64,000 nucleotides of DNA, from contig CM041465.1 in assembly GCA_023213395.1 (NCBI GenBank), positions 206,591,741-206,655,740 on the forward strand, written 5' to 3'. Positions 13,863-27,800 of the stretch are shown here, one piece after another. The notes below the pieces were generated by a model that did not search any database, had not been told where the DNA came from, and saw only the letters and a program-made list of their open reading frames with translations. The position numbers and the translations under genes were made by a program. The stretch comes from Cycas panzhihuaensis. Lineage: Eukaryota > Plantae > Cycadophyta. How positions within the stretch are numbered: position 1 is the first letter of the stretch; each line of letters starts with the position of its first letter.

Positions 13863-14878
13863 ATATATCTTGATTTACCTATTACTTTTTATTTTTTTTC
13901 TTATACCTTCCCACCTCAATCCGCCCCCCTAAAAAAAAAAGGAAAGCAAAAGAAACAAAAAAAAGTTTGTTATTTATTTTTTCCTTTTGTTGCATTTTTA
14001 CTACATACTTGCATCACACCAACTCCTTTAAAGAAACAAAAAGGAAAAAATATAGTTTAGTCATTGTGTTACATCTTTCAAAAGCTTGAGTGAAGGGAGG
14101 AATCACATAGCTATAAGTCCTTGAACACATAATATGACATTTCATTTCTAGCTAGGGCTACATTTGTATTCATTAAATAAAATAACATGTAGATGCATGT
14201 GAGTTTATGAACCCCCATTTCCTTTAGCTTTCCATAGGTCCATGATATCGAAAACCAGAATCATTTACGTGCACATATGAACACTTGGGTTTCCCTAGGT
14301 TAGCCATACCTTCATCATCTAAAATCACGATTCATCCTACATCTGTGTCCAAGAGGTATATAAGCACCTTGAGTTAGGCTTTGGATCAACTTCACCTTCC
14401 ATACTTAGTATCTGTGCCCTAAGCTCATTTTGTTAGGTTTTTTGTTCATATTCCATCCTCACTTTTGGGAATTTCACCTATTATTCCAATGCTCCATTAT
14501 GTCAATGACTTATAATTGATCCAATATATACTGGCATGAAGTGACAATCTAAAGAAGTCTATAGCTCCTTAAAACTACCCACTTCCTGTCATTCATGTTT
14601 ATGGCTAAATTCAATATCACTTACTCGACATTCTTGTGATTGATGATTGAAACCACCCTCTAGAAGCATGAAAACAATCACTAAGCAATCCCTGTAACAC
14701 TTATATATGTTGAGGGATAGAAAAAACCTATAAAATTCTTGAAAAAGGTCTTTCTTCTTGTATCTTCATTTCATATTGCTACATTACATTTTCTTCATGA
14801 TATAAGGTTAATACTATTGTGAAATTTGTCATGGTATATAATTATCCTACAATAAATTTCATAATGGGATGATCCCTT

Positions 14879-14932
14879 CCATGATGAATTTTAGAATGGT
14901 ACTAAGTCATACTAGTCTAAAATTCATCATGG
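14879..14932. repeat. 17-bp perfect inverted repeat within a cluster of CCRTGAYRAATTT-like motifs
   Basis: CCATGATGAATTTTAGA (14879-14895) and TCTAAAATTCATCATGG (14916-14932). Confidence 0.9.
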
Positions 14933-15549
14933 GATGGTGGCCTGACAAGCCCCATCCCATAACAATTTGTGTCTACCCCAAATTAGCTAAAAAACATAAA
15001 AATCATAAAAAAGGGGCAAAATCATAAAAACCTAAACCAATAAAAATGGCCAAGGCATCAAATTACCTTGATTTGGCCCCAACTAGGGCCCAATCAAACC
15101 CATTTAGTGTAAAAAATCTAATTTAGTCTTTCTTCCAACATCGATTTATTATAATCTCAACAAATTAAATAACTTATCAAATAAACTCCTAAATCCATCA
15201 CAACCTCCATTAGAGCACCTAGAGTTTAAACTTTTCCAATTTCCAATTTATAAATATTAATAGTAAAAATGAATATGAAAATCAACCATAAACCTATTTT
15301 TATACTGGTCATTGACAGACTTTTAGATATTAAAAAATCCTCTAGAGAGATACATGGGATTCCTTCTTTTATCATCCTTTACTCCAAAAATCTAAAATCA
15401 TCATTGTGATAACTAGTTGTAATCATACCAAGGTGGAACATGCTACTTAAAGTACCATTAATAGTAGCCATAAATATGCCATATAGTACCTAATTTTACC
15501 CCAAAAAAGGGTTCCTAAAACCTATAAGTGTTTATATTCTATTGGCTAA

Positions 15550-17103
15550 TTTTTTAGCATTATAATCATCCACACGACCTACACAAGCCTAAGTTTCCAA
15601 GTAATCCCTAGAGTCCTTATGTACTTAGGCCCAAGTAGGCCTCAAGGTAACCCTTCTAGTGCATACTTATGTTTATAGTTAATATGTTTGGTTCTAAGGC
15701 ACAATGTTAATGCCACCACCCATTTTTAATAACCTGCACTAGTTTGCACTCTTGTTCCCAAGTAGGGTCTTATATTCTATTAGTTTTTCTAACTCTTCAA
15801 TATCATATTCAACCAATAATCACCAACTTTCATCCTTTTACAACTTGCACTTTTATAGACATTCTAATAGTTTTGCCACTGACTGCACTTGCCTAGTGTC
15901 ACCTCATTTAATCCTTGTTATAATAGATGTTCAAAGATTTTTTTAGCTATCTTTTTTAGGCCCTTTTTTTATTCATTCCCCTATGATAAGGTATTCAAGG
16001 ATAACTCATATAAATAACCCAAGCTACCCCATTGCTTGATGATTATAGATTTATCTTCAAGTCTCCCCATGTCCTAACTTCATTAAATTGCATTACCATT
16101 ATGGTTGATATGGTCTCTCATGAGTTGGCTCATTATTGTTGCATTTTTCCAAACCTATAAAAAAAGGTGCACCCACTATGGCTTGGTGAATATCATGTGA
16201 TGACCATAACTAGCTTACCTTTTGAGGTTACTATAGGGTTGGGTGAAGTGCATTACCTAGAAATAGGTTTAGCAATGCCTGATTCACCATGACCTCACTT
16301 GAACCATCATATGGGGGGTCAAAAGAAGAAAAAAACATCTATATGTTTATATATAGCACTCAATACCCTCTTAGCATTTATGGTAAGTTGCATGTCAACT
16401 CTATCCTCACATCTAATATGCAATTTAACTCTAAATATGTGGGTCATTTAGGACCTTTATATTCAATTACTTAGGCCCACCATGGCCTTAATCATGATTG
16501 AAACTTGATTGATACTCAAAGAGGTAAAACCAATAACTTTGGGGACTTGTAATAATAGTGATAATAAGCCACTTATGGGATCAATTTCTATATCACATTG
16601 GTGATTGAAGTTGAGCCTATAAACCTGAATCTTTTCCTTAATGATTGATTCCTACATTACACTCCATATTCATTGAGTTGTCTCTAAGTCACCATTGTAT
16701 TACCTATGTCATTAATCATCCACAATAATAGGAAAAGCTGTGGGAACCCTAGCCCTTTTACTACAATCTAGATCATCTAAGGCCAAATAAGCCACATCTT
16801 AATACATGTTGGAATATATCTCCCACTAGTAACCAATAATAACTAAGTATACTACAATTATTGAAGCCCTAACTGATGCCCTTTAAGTTCACTTAGGTCC
16901 TATTTTACTACTCTAACTCACAATTAGTTATCTACTGGCTCATATAGCTCTATTAAATTTATTATCCTCAATTATGAGCCCTTTCCAACTTAACTAAATC
17001 CTTTTTATCTTAGTTCTTATCAGTCACAATTTGATATAATCCTCATAAATAGAATACAAAAGTAGACTAACTAGTCTCCTATATTCTTGACCACCACCTA
17101 TAG
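15550..17103 (+). mobile_element. Second, more decayed Tat-like (gag)-protease-aRH element
   Basis: Contains a clear aRH homologue of copy 1. A weak protease-like stretch (GPLYSIT...LIDT) lies directly upstream at about 16450-16700. No RT follows. Confidence 0.55.
16709..17103 (+). pseudogene. Archaeal-type RNase HI domain remnant, copy 2
   Basis: Reads SLIIHNNRKSCGNPSPFTTI*II*GQISHILIHVGIYLPLVTNN...YTTIIEALTDAL...NSQLVI...NTKVD*LVSYILDHHL*, colinear with 4383-4787. Confidence 0.8.
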
Positions 17104-17337
17104 TAAGGTGGCACTCCTCCTAAGGGCTTCTAAGCCCACTAACAAGGTTTGCCTTCCAAGCCAAATAATTCCCCCTACCCCTCACCCCCTCTCCACTCCC
17201 TAACCCATCAAATTACTAATCTCTAAACTGAAAATAAATTATTTGATGCTCCTACATGAGTTTAAACTGCTTTGTAAATTTATAAATGTATTCTCTAGTA
17301 TTTTATTTCCAAAAATAAACTAAAAAAAAAAAAAGTT

Positions 17338-17340
<3 letters not shown>

Positions 17341-17389
<49 letters not shown>
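17341..17389. repeat. (AC)n microsatellite
   Basis: Perfect run. Confidence 0.99.
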
Positions 17390-17397
<8 letters not shown>

Positions 17398-18629
17398 TAG
17401 AAAGATAAACTTTAAATTAGCACAAACAACTCCTACCTTCAAAGGTCACTTGCTAAAGAGGTTAAACTATAGGGGCAATCCTTAGGTATCAAGCCCAACC
17501 CTTCGCTTTCAAGCCTCCCATCTTTTTACCTTTTAAGACCATTGCCTTTTGGCTACTATGTCAACCCATATTATACCTAAGATTACTTTGAAAATAATTG
17601 ATAATAAGAGTAAATTATAGTAACCTCTTTATGTTAATTAAGAATTATTGAGGCTTTTGAGCTTCTTACAGAGGTTTGCCTTTTGACCTAGTATTTACCC
17701 TACTTAGTATAACTCTAGTATAAATTAAAATTGCTACCCCTATGAAATCCTTACTGATGATGTTAAACTAGGGATAACATTCTCTGAACACTTGTTAAGG
17801 AGGTTAAACTATTGTAGATTCTCCTCTCCAATTGCTTTAATACATGAGTAAATATTTTATTTCAAAGTTGTTGCCATCATTGACCATCTTGCAACACAAG
17901 TTTAAAGAGGTTTTGATGGAAAGGGGGCAAGTATTTTCTACAAATTGGAAGCCCATTATCCATCTCAACAAAGATTAGTTAAGATATATATTTATTGTTT
18001 TATTTTTAATTTAATTTCTTTAGCTTGTCTAAATATGTTACTGGTATTTGCTTGTTACCTTAGTGATGGGTATATGTGTTACAGTCGATCATAATTCTAA
18101 TGCTAGATAGTGATGTAAATAAATCATCTACATGAGTCTGAAAAATTATATAATGATCTCTAGACACCCATAAAAAAACTTCTAGGCCTTCTTCCCTTAG
18201 TTGTTGATTACTTTTAGTACCCTTATAGGTGTCATTTTCTTTAGTTTTTACTTTTCTCTACCTCTATTAGTCTGCTTTGCTATGAAAGTTGTATCCCATT
18301 ATAAAAGTTGTGCCTACCATAAAAATTAAAATAGGACACTTCTACACCACAATGAATTTGATCATAGTATGAAATAACCTATGATGAATTTTATTATGAC
18401 CCATTTCATCTTGCTATAAAAATTGTAATATGATGGATTGTACCGCTTTAAAATTTATCACAGGACATAGTCATCTTATTATAAAAGCATAGTCGAGCAT
18501 CATTTTACCTATTAATGTATTTTTTCTATGGATTTTCTTAATAATTTAGCATAATACTATGGCATGCCCATTAATTTTTTCTAAAACAAGGTTCTCATCA
18601 GTGCTCTATCATTTATTATGGATGAAATA

Positions 18630-18992
18630 CGTTAGAGTGGCAGTTGAGGTTAATTACTTATGGTTAATGTTAAGTGGTGATTAGTTAAGGTTAATCTAAA
18701 AGATAAAAATACTAAGAGTTGTAACAATTAATTAATGCACCACTTGATGTGTTATATAAACCCTTAGGTGGCATTTATAATATGGGTTAACCATATCAAG
18801 GAAGATGTATCAATCAAGATTAGAAGAAATGTAGTCAACCATTTTTCCTATGTGGACTTTTTCCTGAAAGGATTTTTCCATATTAAACTTATATACTATA
18901 TACTTATTCTCTTTCATGTTTACTTGTATATGTATGATTAAAACACTAGTTTTTTAGAAATATATGATTTTATAGTTTTATATTTATTTACA
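18630..18992 (+). repeat. 5' LTR
   Basis: Starts (C/T)GTTAGAGTGG and ends CA before the PBS; homologous to 20700-20828 and 32979-33215. Confidence 0.85.
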
Positions 18993-20699
18993 TGGTATCA
19001 AAGTTAAATAAATGTACATAGTTGAGGCTGTAATTGGATGGAGGCAATAAGATCAAAGGTTGACTAGTAACACTAGTAAAATCCCTATTTGTGGAAATTT
19101 TAATCTTCTCCAATAACTAAAAGAGTGACATAGATGTGAAATGGTGATTAAGAGGGTGAAATTCAACTATCACTAAGATTTTACCTCTATTTATGGTCAT
19201 AAATAAATGTTGGACACTATTTAGACCATGTTGGGGTTATGATTAAAGCTTTCTAGGGTTTGTTGGGCATGCTGGAAAACTCCATATGCTTATTAGGCCA
19301 TATCTAAAGGTGGTCTAACAATGGTAGGCTATATTAGGCTCATTAAGAGAGCATTGGACTCTGTCTAAAGATCATTTAGACATAAAGGGTATTAAATTAT
19401 ATGCCTGTACAATAAAGAGATTATTGGTGCCTTCCATGAGTGTGATTGGATCCATTTAAGAAGTTATTTAGCTCATGTTTATGGTGTGTTAATGCATTCT
19501 ATTATATATAGATTTTTAAATGCTTATTTTAAAGTTGAATTTATTATTTAAAGTTATTGGTCTATTTATGCTAGTAGGAACAATAGTTTGATGCACTGTA
19601 ATTTGTTGGAGATGTAGTAATCTATATTTAAAGTTATTTTTTTTTTTCTAATCTTATAAACCCTGGATTATGATTGAAATTATTAATTTCTCATCTTCAT
19701 GTATTTTTTAAAGTCATGTATACCATAAAAGTTACACCTACATCTCTTTGGAGGAAGCCATTACATATTGAAGTAAAACAATTCTTAACTAATGAGCAAT
19801 TTAATCATTGGTTAGGAGTGTGATTTTGAAGCATTGAGTTGTGGAGATGATTTTAAGTATATTACAAGCCATGCAAAGCAATTTAGAGCTTGTTTGTTGT
19901 TCATTTAAGAGGCCATGTTCATTGCATAAAGACACATAGAAAACACTCTAGCATTATAAATTTTATGGTGAAACCATGTGTAGATTAGTTATGTTAAAGC
20001 CTTGTTCTAATATGATATCATATGGTGATCTTTCTTGATGAGAGCTTATTTTATAGCTTATTCGAATGTAAACATATATTAAAGTGGAGTATGTTATGTG
20101 TGTTTTAAAGCCAGTATGGGTGGTATGATGGTTTGTACCTGTATCCGATAAAGTGATAATGTTATATTTGTCATTTGCCTAAAAATGTGTAGGTAAGTGA
20201 ATTAATATGAAAATCCCTTTTAAAAGATTATGATACTAGTGAGAGGTAATGTTATACATTTGGAGAGTGTGAAGTGATATATGGAGCATAGAGACCATAC
20301 ATATGAGCATAGAGGTGTGGCATGATACATATGAGCATCTGTAAGTGTAGATCTTTCTATAGAGGTGTGGCATAGAGAAAAGTTACAAAAGAAGTAGATT
20401 TAGGGTGCCTTATAGAACTAATCATATTAATTATTGATAAGATTGATTTAAAGGAGACTGAAAAGAACAAAGTTTACAACTATAGGCCAATGAAACTATC
20501 ATTGATTATAAATCAAATGGCATATATTCATGACTTGAATTAAGTACATCAATCCTATATTTGTGTTAATATAGAAACCTAATGAAATTATTCATGAGAG
20601 GGAATATGTTAAATATAGATAAGATAGTAATGATAGCTATAGCCCTTATCAAAGATTTTAAACTATAGAATGAATGCTCACTTTTGCATTAAAGGGGGA

Positions 20700-20828
20700 T
20701 GTTAGAGTGGAAATTAAGGTTAATCATTTATGATTAATAGTAAGTGGTAATTAGTTAATATTAATCCAAAAGATACAAATACCAAGAGTTGCAACCATTG
20801 GTTAATGTATTGTTTAAGATGTTATATA
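20700..20828 (+). repeat. 3' LTR, left part
   Basis: TGTTAGAGTGG... directly after the PPT; matches 18630-18757. Confidence 0.85.
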
Positions 20829-21039
20829 TATATATTTTATATGGTTTAAGTAGATAAGGGGATTTAAAAGGGGATCCCAACCCCTTTACATAGTTTGCCT
20901 AAAAGTCCCTAAAAAGTTATCGTGACAAGCCTACGGTCTAGTTGACATCCCCAACCTCTAAATAAACTACTAGCCCCCCATGCCATCGACAAGCCTGATG
21001 GTTAACTCACAGTTGCCACGACATGCCCAATGGCAAGCA

Positions 21040-23768
21040 CAACCTACCTGGGAATAATACCCTCTAAATCCTTCCTAACCAGACCTAAAATCCCTTTAGG
21101 AATCATGTCCCTTTAAAGCTCATTCCTTTTAACCTAGACCCCTTAGTTAGCCAACCTATCAACAACCGCATTGTCTTCTCTATAGATGTGGTTAATTTGA
21201 ATATTAGTTCTTCCCTTAAAAGACTCCTTAACATCATTTATTAGGGCTCTATATCTCTAATTTGGGTCTACTTCCCCTCTGATTAGTTTTATTATATTTA
21301 GCAGATCCCTTTCTAGAATGACCTTATCATGGCCCTCCTAGGATATCATCTCCACGACTTTACACATTGCTTCCATCTTAACTCGATGATTAGTTTAGGA
21401 ACCATAATAATCCCTAAAGGCCCAAATTAACATTCGAGTAATGGTTTTCCAAACCCTACCACCCCTCGCTTCACTGAGATTACCTTTTGCTATACTGTCA
21501 AAATTTATTTTCACCTAGCCTTATGGGGATAGGTTCCTCCTTCAAGGTCTCTCTCAGGGCACCAAAGATCATCATGAAAAGCTTTAATTTATCTAAATAT
21601 ATCTCTTAAAATATTCTCCTATTCCTTTCTTTCTAGATTTTCCACATCATAATTAGTAATGATGTAAGCCACAAGAACTTCAATGCTCTAATCTTAAAGG
21701 GGCATATCTAAGAAGAAGTTAGATCCATCACCATACTAGGAAGAACCCACTCAACCCTAAAAGTGTTCCACACCTCCCTAGAATAGGGGTAGTGTAGTAA
21801 TATATGATTAAGGGACTCTTCCTCAACCTTGTACAAAATACATCTGCCCACCATAATGAACCCTCTTTTCTTGAGATTATCTGTAGTTAAAATTTTATTT
21901 TTTAAGCAAGGCCACCAGAAGATAGCTACCTTGGCAATTAGTCCTATTTTCTATACACCCCCTAAAATTTTATTATCAGTGATGCCTTTTTCTGATATCA
22001 AGTACAGATATCCTATCTTTACTGAATAATCCTTAGAGGGGGACCCAGGCTAAACCATAGCATCCTCCTTGGGAATCTAGGAATGTAACTTTTGACTAGC
22101 TTGCTTCTTAGGGCTTTAATTTGATCCTTTCCCCTATTGTTAATGGGAAACTTCTTAAAGCGTCTCCAGTTCTTTGAGACCCTATAGCTTTCCTAGTAAT
22201 ATTTAACATTCCTCCCATAGATCCTCTCATAGGTATTCAGGAGCAAGCCTAAATTGGGTCTCTCCTTCAACTGAGGGATCCCACACCAGACATACTCTTA
22301 GAGATTAATCTTTTCACCATTCCCCAAACTCTATTAGGCTCTCGCTGCCAGCATCTTCCTTATATGAATTGGGCTTCTCTAGATCGTAGAGCCACCCTTA
22401 CCTGAAAGGTCATCCTTTATGTATTGTTTGTCCCTGAGGTATTTTTGAGTCATAATTCTACACCATAATTTGTTGTCCTCCTTGGACAAGCTCTAGCTAA
22501 GATTCACCACCAAAGCCTTATTAAAGCAAGTAATATCTTTCACATTCAACCCTCCTACCCACTTAGGGAGATAAACTTTATCCTAAGCTACGAGGTGAAT
22601 TCTATCCCTAACCTCTACTGTTGACCATAAGAACCTCTTTTGAATGATTCAAGGTCACTAATGATCTTGATCATACATCTAAACAGGGGCATCATATAAG
22701 TTGGAATATTCTAAAGAGAGGTAGTAAAGCTCCTTTCCATCTTGCCAACTTCCTTTGGACCCAATTGATAATAGGGTTCTAAAGTTCCTTCTCCATTCTA
22801 CCCATAAAGAGGGGCATTCTAAGGTACAAGGTAGGGAGCTTCTAAATAGGCATTCCCAGAATCTTACTAATAGTGCCCTGGGTTCTTACCAAGGTGTTCA
22901 AGAAAAAAATACTACTTTTATTCAAATTAATCTTATAATTTGTTGCCTCGTCAAACCTTAGTAGCTCAGATTTTATAACTCTAGCCTCCAAAATAGTATC
23001 CCTGCCTAATAAGATATTGTCACTCCCAATGTGGGATTTAACCCCTTAATCTTTCCCATCCTCTTAACTTCCTCTAAAGCCCTCCCCAACATTTCAGCCA
23101 TGATAATAAAGAGATACGAGGCTAAGGGGTTTACTTACTATAGACCTCTAAAGCCCAGGAAGAAAACCATCGATGTACCATTGACCATCACTAAAAACTT
23201 TAGCTTTAATATGTACCTATTTATCCAATTCCCCACCTAGTCACTAAACCCAAAGGCTCTGATGCATTCCTTCAAATAATCCCATGACACTCTATTGTAG
23301 GCCTTGGATAGATCAATTTTTATAATCATTCTCACTTCCTTCCTCTAGAATGTTGAGTGGGTTGTTTCATGAACCACTACTATTCTGTCCAAAATATGCA
23401 TTCCTTTTACAAATCCATCTTGATTGGAGGATATTACCAATGGAAGGATTCCCTTTATCCTTTTAGCTAAGATCTTCATCAAGATTTTATATCTCATGTT
23501 GTATAGGCTTATTGGCATGAAGTCTTCAATTCTCTTCATATCTCCTTTCTTGGGGATAAGGACTAGGAAAGTAGCTTGCCATTCCCTGTGGATCTTACCA
23601 TTCATATAAAATTCTGAAACCACCTCAAGGAAATCTTCCTTGATGATGTCCCAATACTCTTAGAAGAAACCTAGAGGGAAAGAATATGGCCCTGGGGTAT
23701 TCTCCTTCTTCATACTGAAAATAATGCTTCTCACTTCTTCCATTAAGAAGGGAGCTTATAGGGCTCTG
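21040..23768 (-). pseudogene. L1 ORF2 3' part (RT, zf-RVT, RNase H)
   Basis: ORF 23345-23623 (ATFLVLIPKK...PISLYN) plus downstream motifs; many stops; the FADD motif appears deleted near 23025. Confidence 0.85.
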
Positions 23769-24821
23769 TGATCCAGGAGGATCTACCATATGTTTACAGG
23801 ATGCAGAAAATTCTAGGCATTGGCATAACTAGAAGAGATATGGCAAAATGGTATCAAAATTCTATGAAATTTTGTTTAAAGGTATAAGACACATCCCACT
23901 AGATGTGTACAAAAGGTGGGGTTCAGAAAATATCATTTGATTAGAGTTCAAGCCTTGTCTTTGCATAAAAATTAATCCCACAGCTAGCAGAAAAAAGCAG
24001 AAAATATATATTATAATCATATAAATAGAAACATGGCCAAATGATATCCAAATGAGCTAAAATCTTGAGGACGTAGAGGAGACATGCGTTCCTATACATG
24101 TACCAAATTTGAGCTGAATTGGAGTTCGTTAAGGTCAGTTAAAAGCCGCAACTTTTAAGAATTGCATGAAGGCCACTTGGACAGTAGAAAAATAGCAAAT
24201 AGATATTATTATTAAATGAATAAAAATGCAATCAAATGACATCCAAATGAGCTAAAAATTTGAGGAAGCTGAGGGGGCATGCATTCCTATATGTGTACCA
24301 AATTTGTGCCAAATTGGAGTACGTTAAGATCTGTTACAAGCTGTAACTTTTTAAGAATTGTATGAAGGCCACTTGGACAACATGCATTCTGGTGGTTAGT
24401 GGTTATACTTGCATGATTGCCACTTGTTAAACATGCAATTCAGGTTTCTTTCTATAAATTGAGCCCTTCTACAGGTTGGAGAGGTGGTTCTTGGAGACTT
24501 GACTTGGGAAGCATCCTTGGAGAAGCATTTGGAGGGTTGGAATCCCCCTTATGGTATAATTGTAACATTTACTCCTTATAATTTTACCATTCTTTTGCTA
24601 GTTGATTTCTCCACCATTAAATGGAGATTTTCATGGTTTAATAAAAGTATTACTCCTCATACTTTTGGATGAATGTTAAGAATAAATGATTTGGTGTAGA
24701 ATTTTCCTTTCATGGGCTCATTGTTGTTTTGATGTTATTGAGCTTTCTACACTAACTCCCAGGATCTCAAAGAGAAAGGTTGATAATTGATTTCTTCACC
24801 AACTAAGCTCTTTTGGGATCA
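23769..24821 (+). repeat. 5' LTR (1053 bp) with internal tandem units of about 195 bp
   Basis: Terminal inverted repeat TGATCC/GGATCA; the first 88 bp recur at 29419-29506. Confidence 0.93.
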
Positions 24822-24826
24822 TATTT

Positions 24827-24839
24827 TGGTATCAGAGCC
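24827..24839 (+). other. Primer binding site (tRNA-iMet)
   Basis: TGGTATCAGAGCC. Confidence 0.95.
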
Positions 24840-24864
24840 TCTGATCTTTGTTGTAGGGACTTGA

Positions 24865-27800
24865 ATGATACAAACAAGGAAAGGATACAAAGAGAAAGGT
24901 GAAGACTTTCTTGTGTTGCAATCACTAAGAAGACAAAGAAAGAATCTAAGCACCATGGCTGAAAAAGAAGATGGGGAAATTAGATTTGAAAGGCTTGAGA
25001 AGAACGTCGAAGCCTTGATGCAAATGACCCACCTTCTACCTCTAGTCAAAGGAAAAGGCAAAGAGAAGGAATTTGAAGGAGGATCCACATATGACCACGA
25101 CCATGAAGAGGAAGAGGAGGAGACCTTAAAGCACTCTTTTGAAGAAAGCAAGGGTACTTCATCTCATCAACCCTTCAAGGTGGAGGCAAAGTTGGATATT
25201 CCAACTTATGATGGAGAGGTAAATGCTGAAAAGTTGGACCATTGGTTGGATCAACTTGAAACCTACTTCACAATCTATGCTTATAGTAATGCTCAAAAGC
25301 TTTCATTTGCTAGGCTCAAGTTGTGTAAACATGCATTGACATGGTAGAATGCATATTTAAAGACTCATGATGTATCTTCTTTTTCATGGAGGGATTTTAA
25401 GAAAATAATAAAGAAGTAATTCTACCCCATAGGTCATGAGGAAGACCAATCGGTCACTTGGCAATATTTACGCCAAGGGAGAGGTGTAAGTGTCCAAGAC
25501 TATACTTCTTTATTTTTTAGGCATGGCATGCTACTTGGTATTAATATGGATGAACATGTCACTCTTATGAAATTCATTGGAGGATTACATGAATACATAA
25601 GGAAGGAACTAAGGCTTTTTAAGGTTTAATCCATTGGAGAAGCAAGTAGGATGGCTATGGCAATAGAAAGTAAAAGCAAGAAATCTACATTCATGTCTAA
25701 AGATTCTACTTTTACTTCTAATAAGTATGAAAAGAATCCTAAATTGCACTCATCAAAAAGGCAAGAAGGAAAGAAGAAAAGAACTAATTTTGTTAAAAGT
25801 TCTAACTATTGTGAGCATTGTGATATTAGTGGTCATATTACGACAAAGTGTTGGAAGTTACATCCGAACTAAAAGTCAAGCATATCAAGGATATGGAATT
25901 AAGAAAGAAGGAAAGCACTACTTTACGAGGTGGAGATTCAAAGTGAAGGAGAAGAAGAGAAGGTCACTCTACTTACAAATTATGAAGATGATGCTACAAG
26001 GGAGGAACTATTTCACTTGAAGCTTCAAGTAGGAAATAGTATGATTGGTGCCATTATAGATCTGGAAAGCCAAAAGAATTTGATCTCAGAAAGTTTGGTA
26101 AAGAGCATTGGTTTGGTAACTACTCCTCACCCTCACCCATATCCTCTTGGTTGGATCCATAAAGATGTGGAAATGCAAATATCAAAGCAATGTACACTTA
26201 AATTTTCCATCACTAATGATTTTGTTGATGAGGTAATATCGATGTGGTGCCACTGGATGTATGCCATGTTGTGCTTGGAAGTCCCTACTTGTGGGATCGA
26301 GATGCACTCTTCTATCGAAGGGAGAGAAAGTATCGATTGATGAAGGATAACAAGGTCTTCATCATAAAGGCCATAAAGAAGCACTTGGATAAGATAGCAT
26401 TAATTTCAGCTACTCAAGCAAAAAGGATGATCAATGCATGTGGTAAATTTGTCATCTTAATGGTAAGGAGAAAAGAAGAGCCAAGAGATGAAGAAGGTCC
26501 TTCTACTCACACTCTTCTTATATCACCTAAACAAATGCAACAAATTGAGGAGTTAAAGACAAGGTATGATATTCTATTTCAACATGTTGATGGGCTTCCA
26601 CCAAAGAGAAAGATAGAGCATGAAATCACTCTTGTAGGAGATGCACCATTACCTAATGTTGCTTTGTATAGGCACTCCATTGTAGAAAATAATGAGATAA
26701 AGAGGCAAGTTGAGGAGTTACTTGATCAAGGGGTCATAAGACCTTCATGTTCACCTTGTGGGTCACCAATTGTCTTGGTGCCTAAGAAGGATGGAGGATG
26801 GAGAATGTGTATAGATTTTCGTGCTTTAAATAAAATTACAATTAAAATCGCTACCCTTTGCCTCGTGTAGCTGATTTGCTTGATCAAATTCAAGATCCTT
26901 GTTATTTCACTAAATTGGATTTAAAAAGTGGTTATCACCAAGTTAGGGTCAAGGAGGAGGACACATGGAAGACGACCTTCAAAACAAAGCAAGGACTCTT
27001 TGAATGGATGGTTATGCCTTTCGGATTGTGTAATGCTCCTACAACATTCATGAGGCTAATGAATGAAATATTAAGGCCTTACTTGGATAATTTTGTTGTT
27101 GTCTATCTTGATGACATTTTGATTTTCAAAGAACACATGGGAGGAACATTTGCAGCACATAGAAGAAGTTTTAAAGACTATGGCTAAGCATCATTTGAAG
27201 CTTAATGTGAAGAAGTGTGAATTTGGCAACGAGAACTTGATCTTCTTAGGCTTTGTGGTTGGAGGAGGAAAGTTGAGCATTGATCCACTCAAGACTCAAG
27301 CCATCCTCAAATGGCCTAGGCCAACAAACATCACAGAGGTGAGAAGTTTTTTAGGAGCTTGTCAATACTTGAGAAAGTTTATTCTTTATTTCTCACAGGT
27401 TGCAGCACCTCTACATGGATTGACAAAATCTAGTAGAAAGCTTACTTGGGGTTCCAAGGAGGAAGAAGCCTTTCTTCTTTTAAAGAAGAAAATTTGTGAA
27501 GCACCGGTTTTGGCAATGCCAAATTTGCAAAGGCCTTTTGAAGTAGAAGTTGATGCAAGTGGAAATGCGATGGAGTCGTCCTTATTCAAGAGGGAAGCCT
27601 ATTGCGTACCATTTGGAAGTCTTCACCCTCAAGTGAAGAACTACCCAACATATGATCGAGAAATGTTCGCACTTCATCAAGCATGCAAGCATTGGAGGTC
27701 ATACTTGCTCGGAAAAGAGGTTGTAGTTCATACCGATCATAAGCCTCTTCAATTTTACAAACTCAAAGTAAATTATAGCAAGCAAGACACATGAAGTGGA

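Noticed and set aside
14850-14970. Possible miRNA hairpin
   Set aside because: The stem is short, the motif recurs at 18345-18465 like transposon subterminal repeats, and I recognise no known miRNA sequence.
20285-20376. Short repeats (CATATGAGCAT, ATAGAGGTGTGGCAT) suggestive of an array
   Set aside because: Local slippage or filler duplication in a decayed element; no repeat-spacer regularity, so not CRISPR-like.
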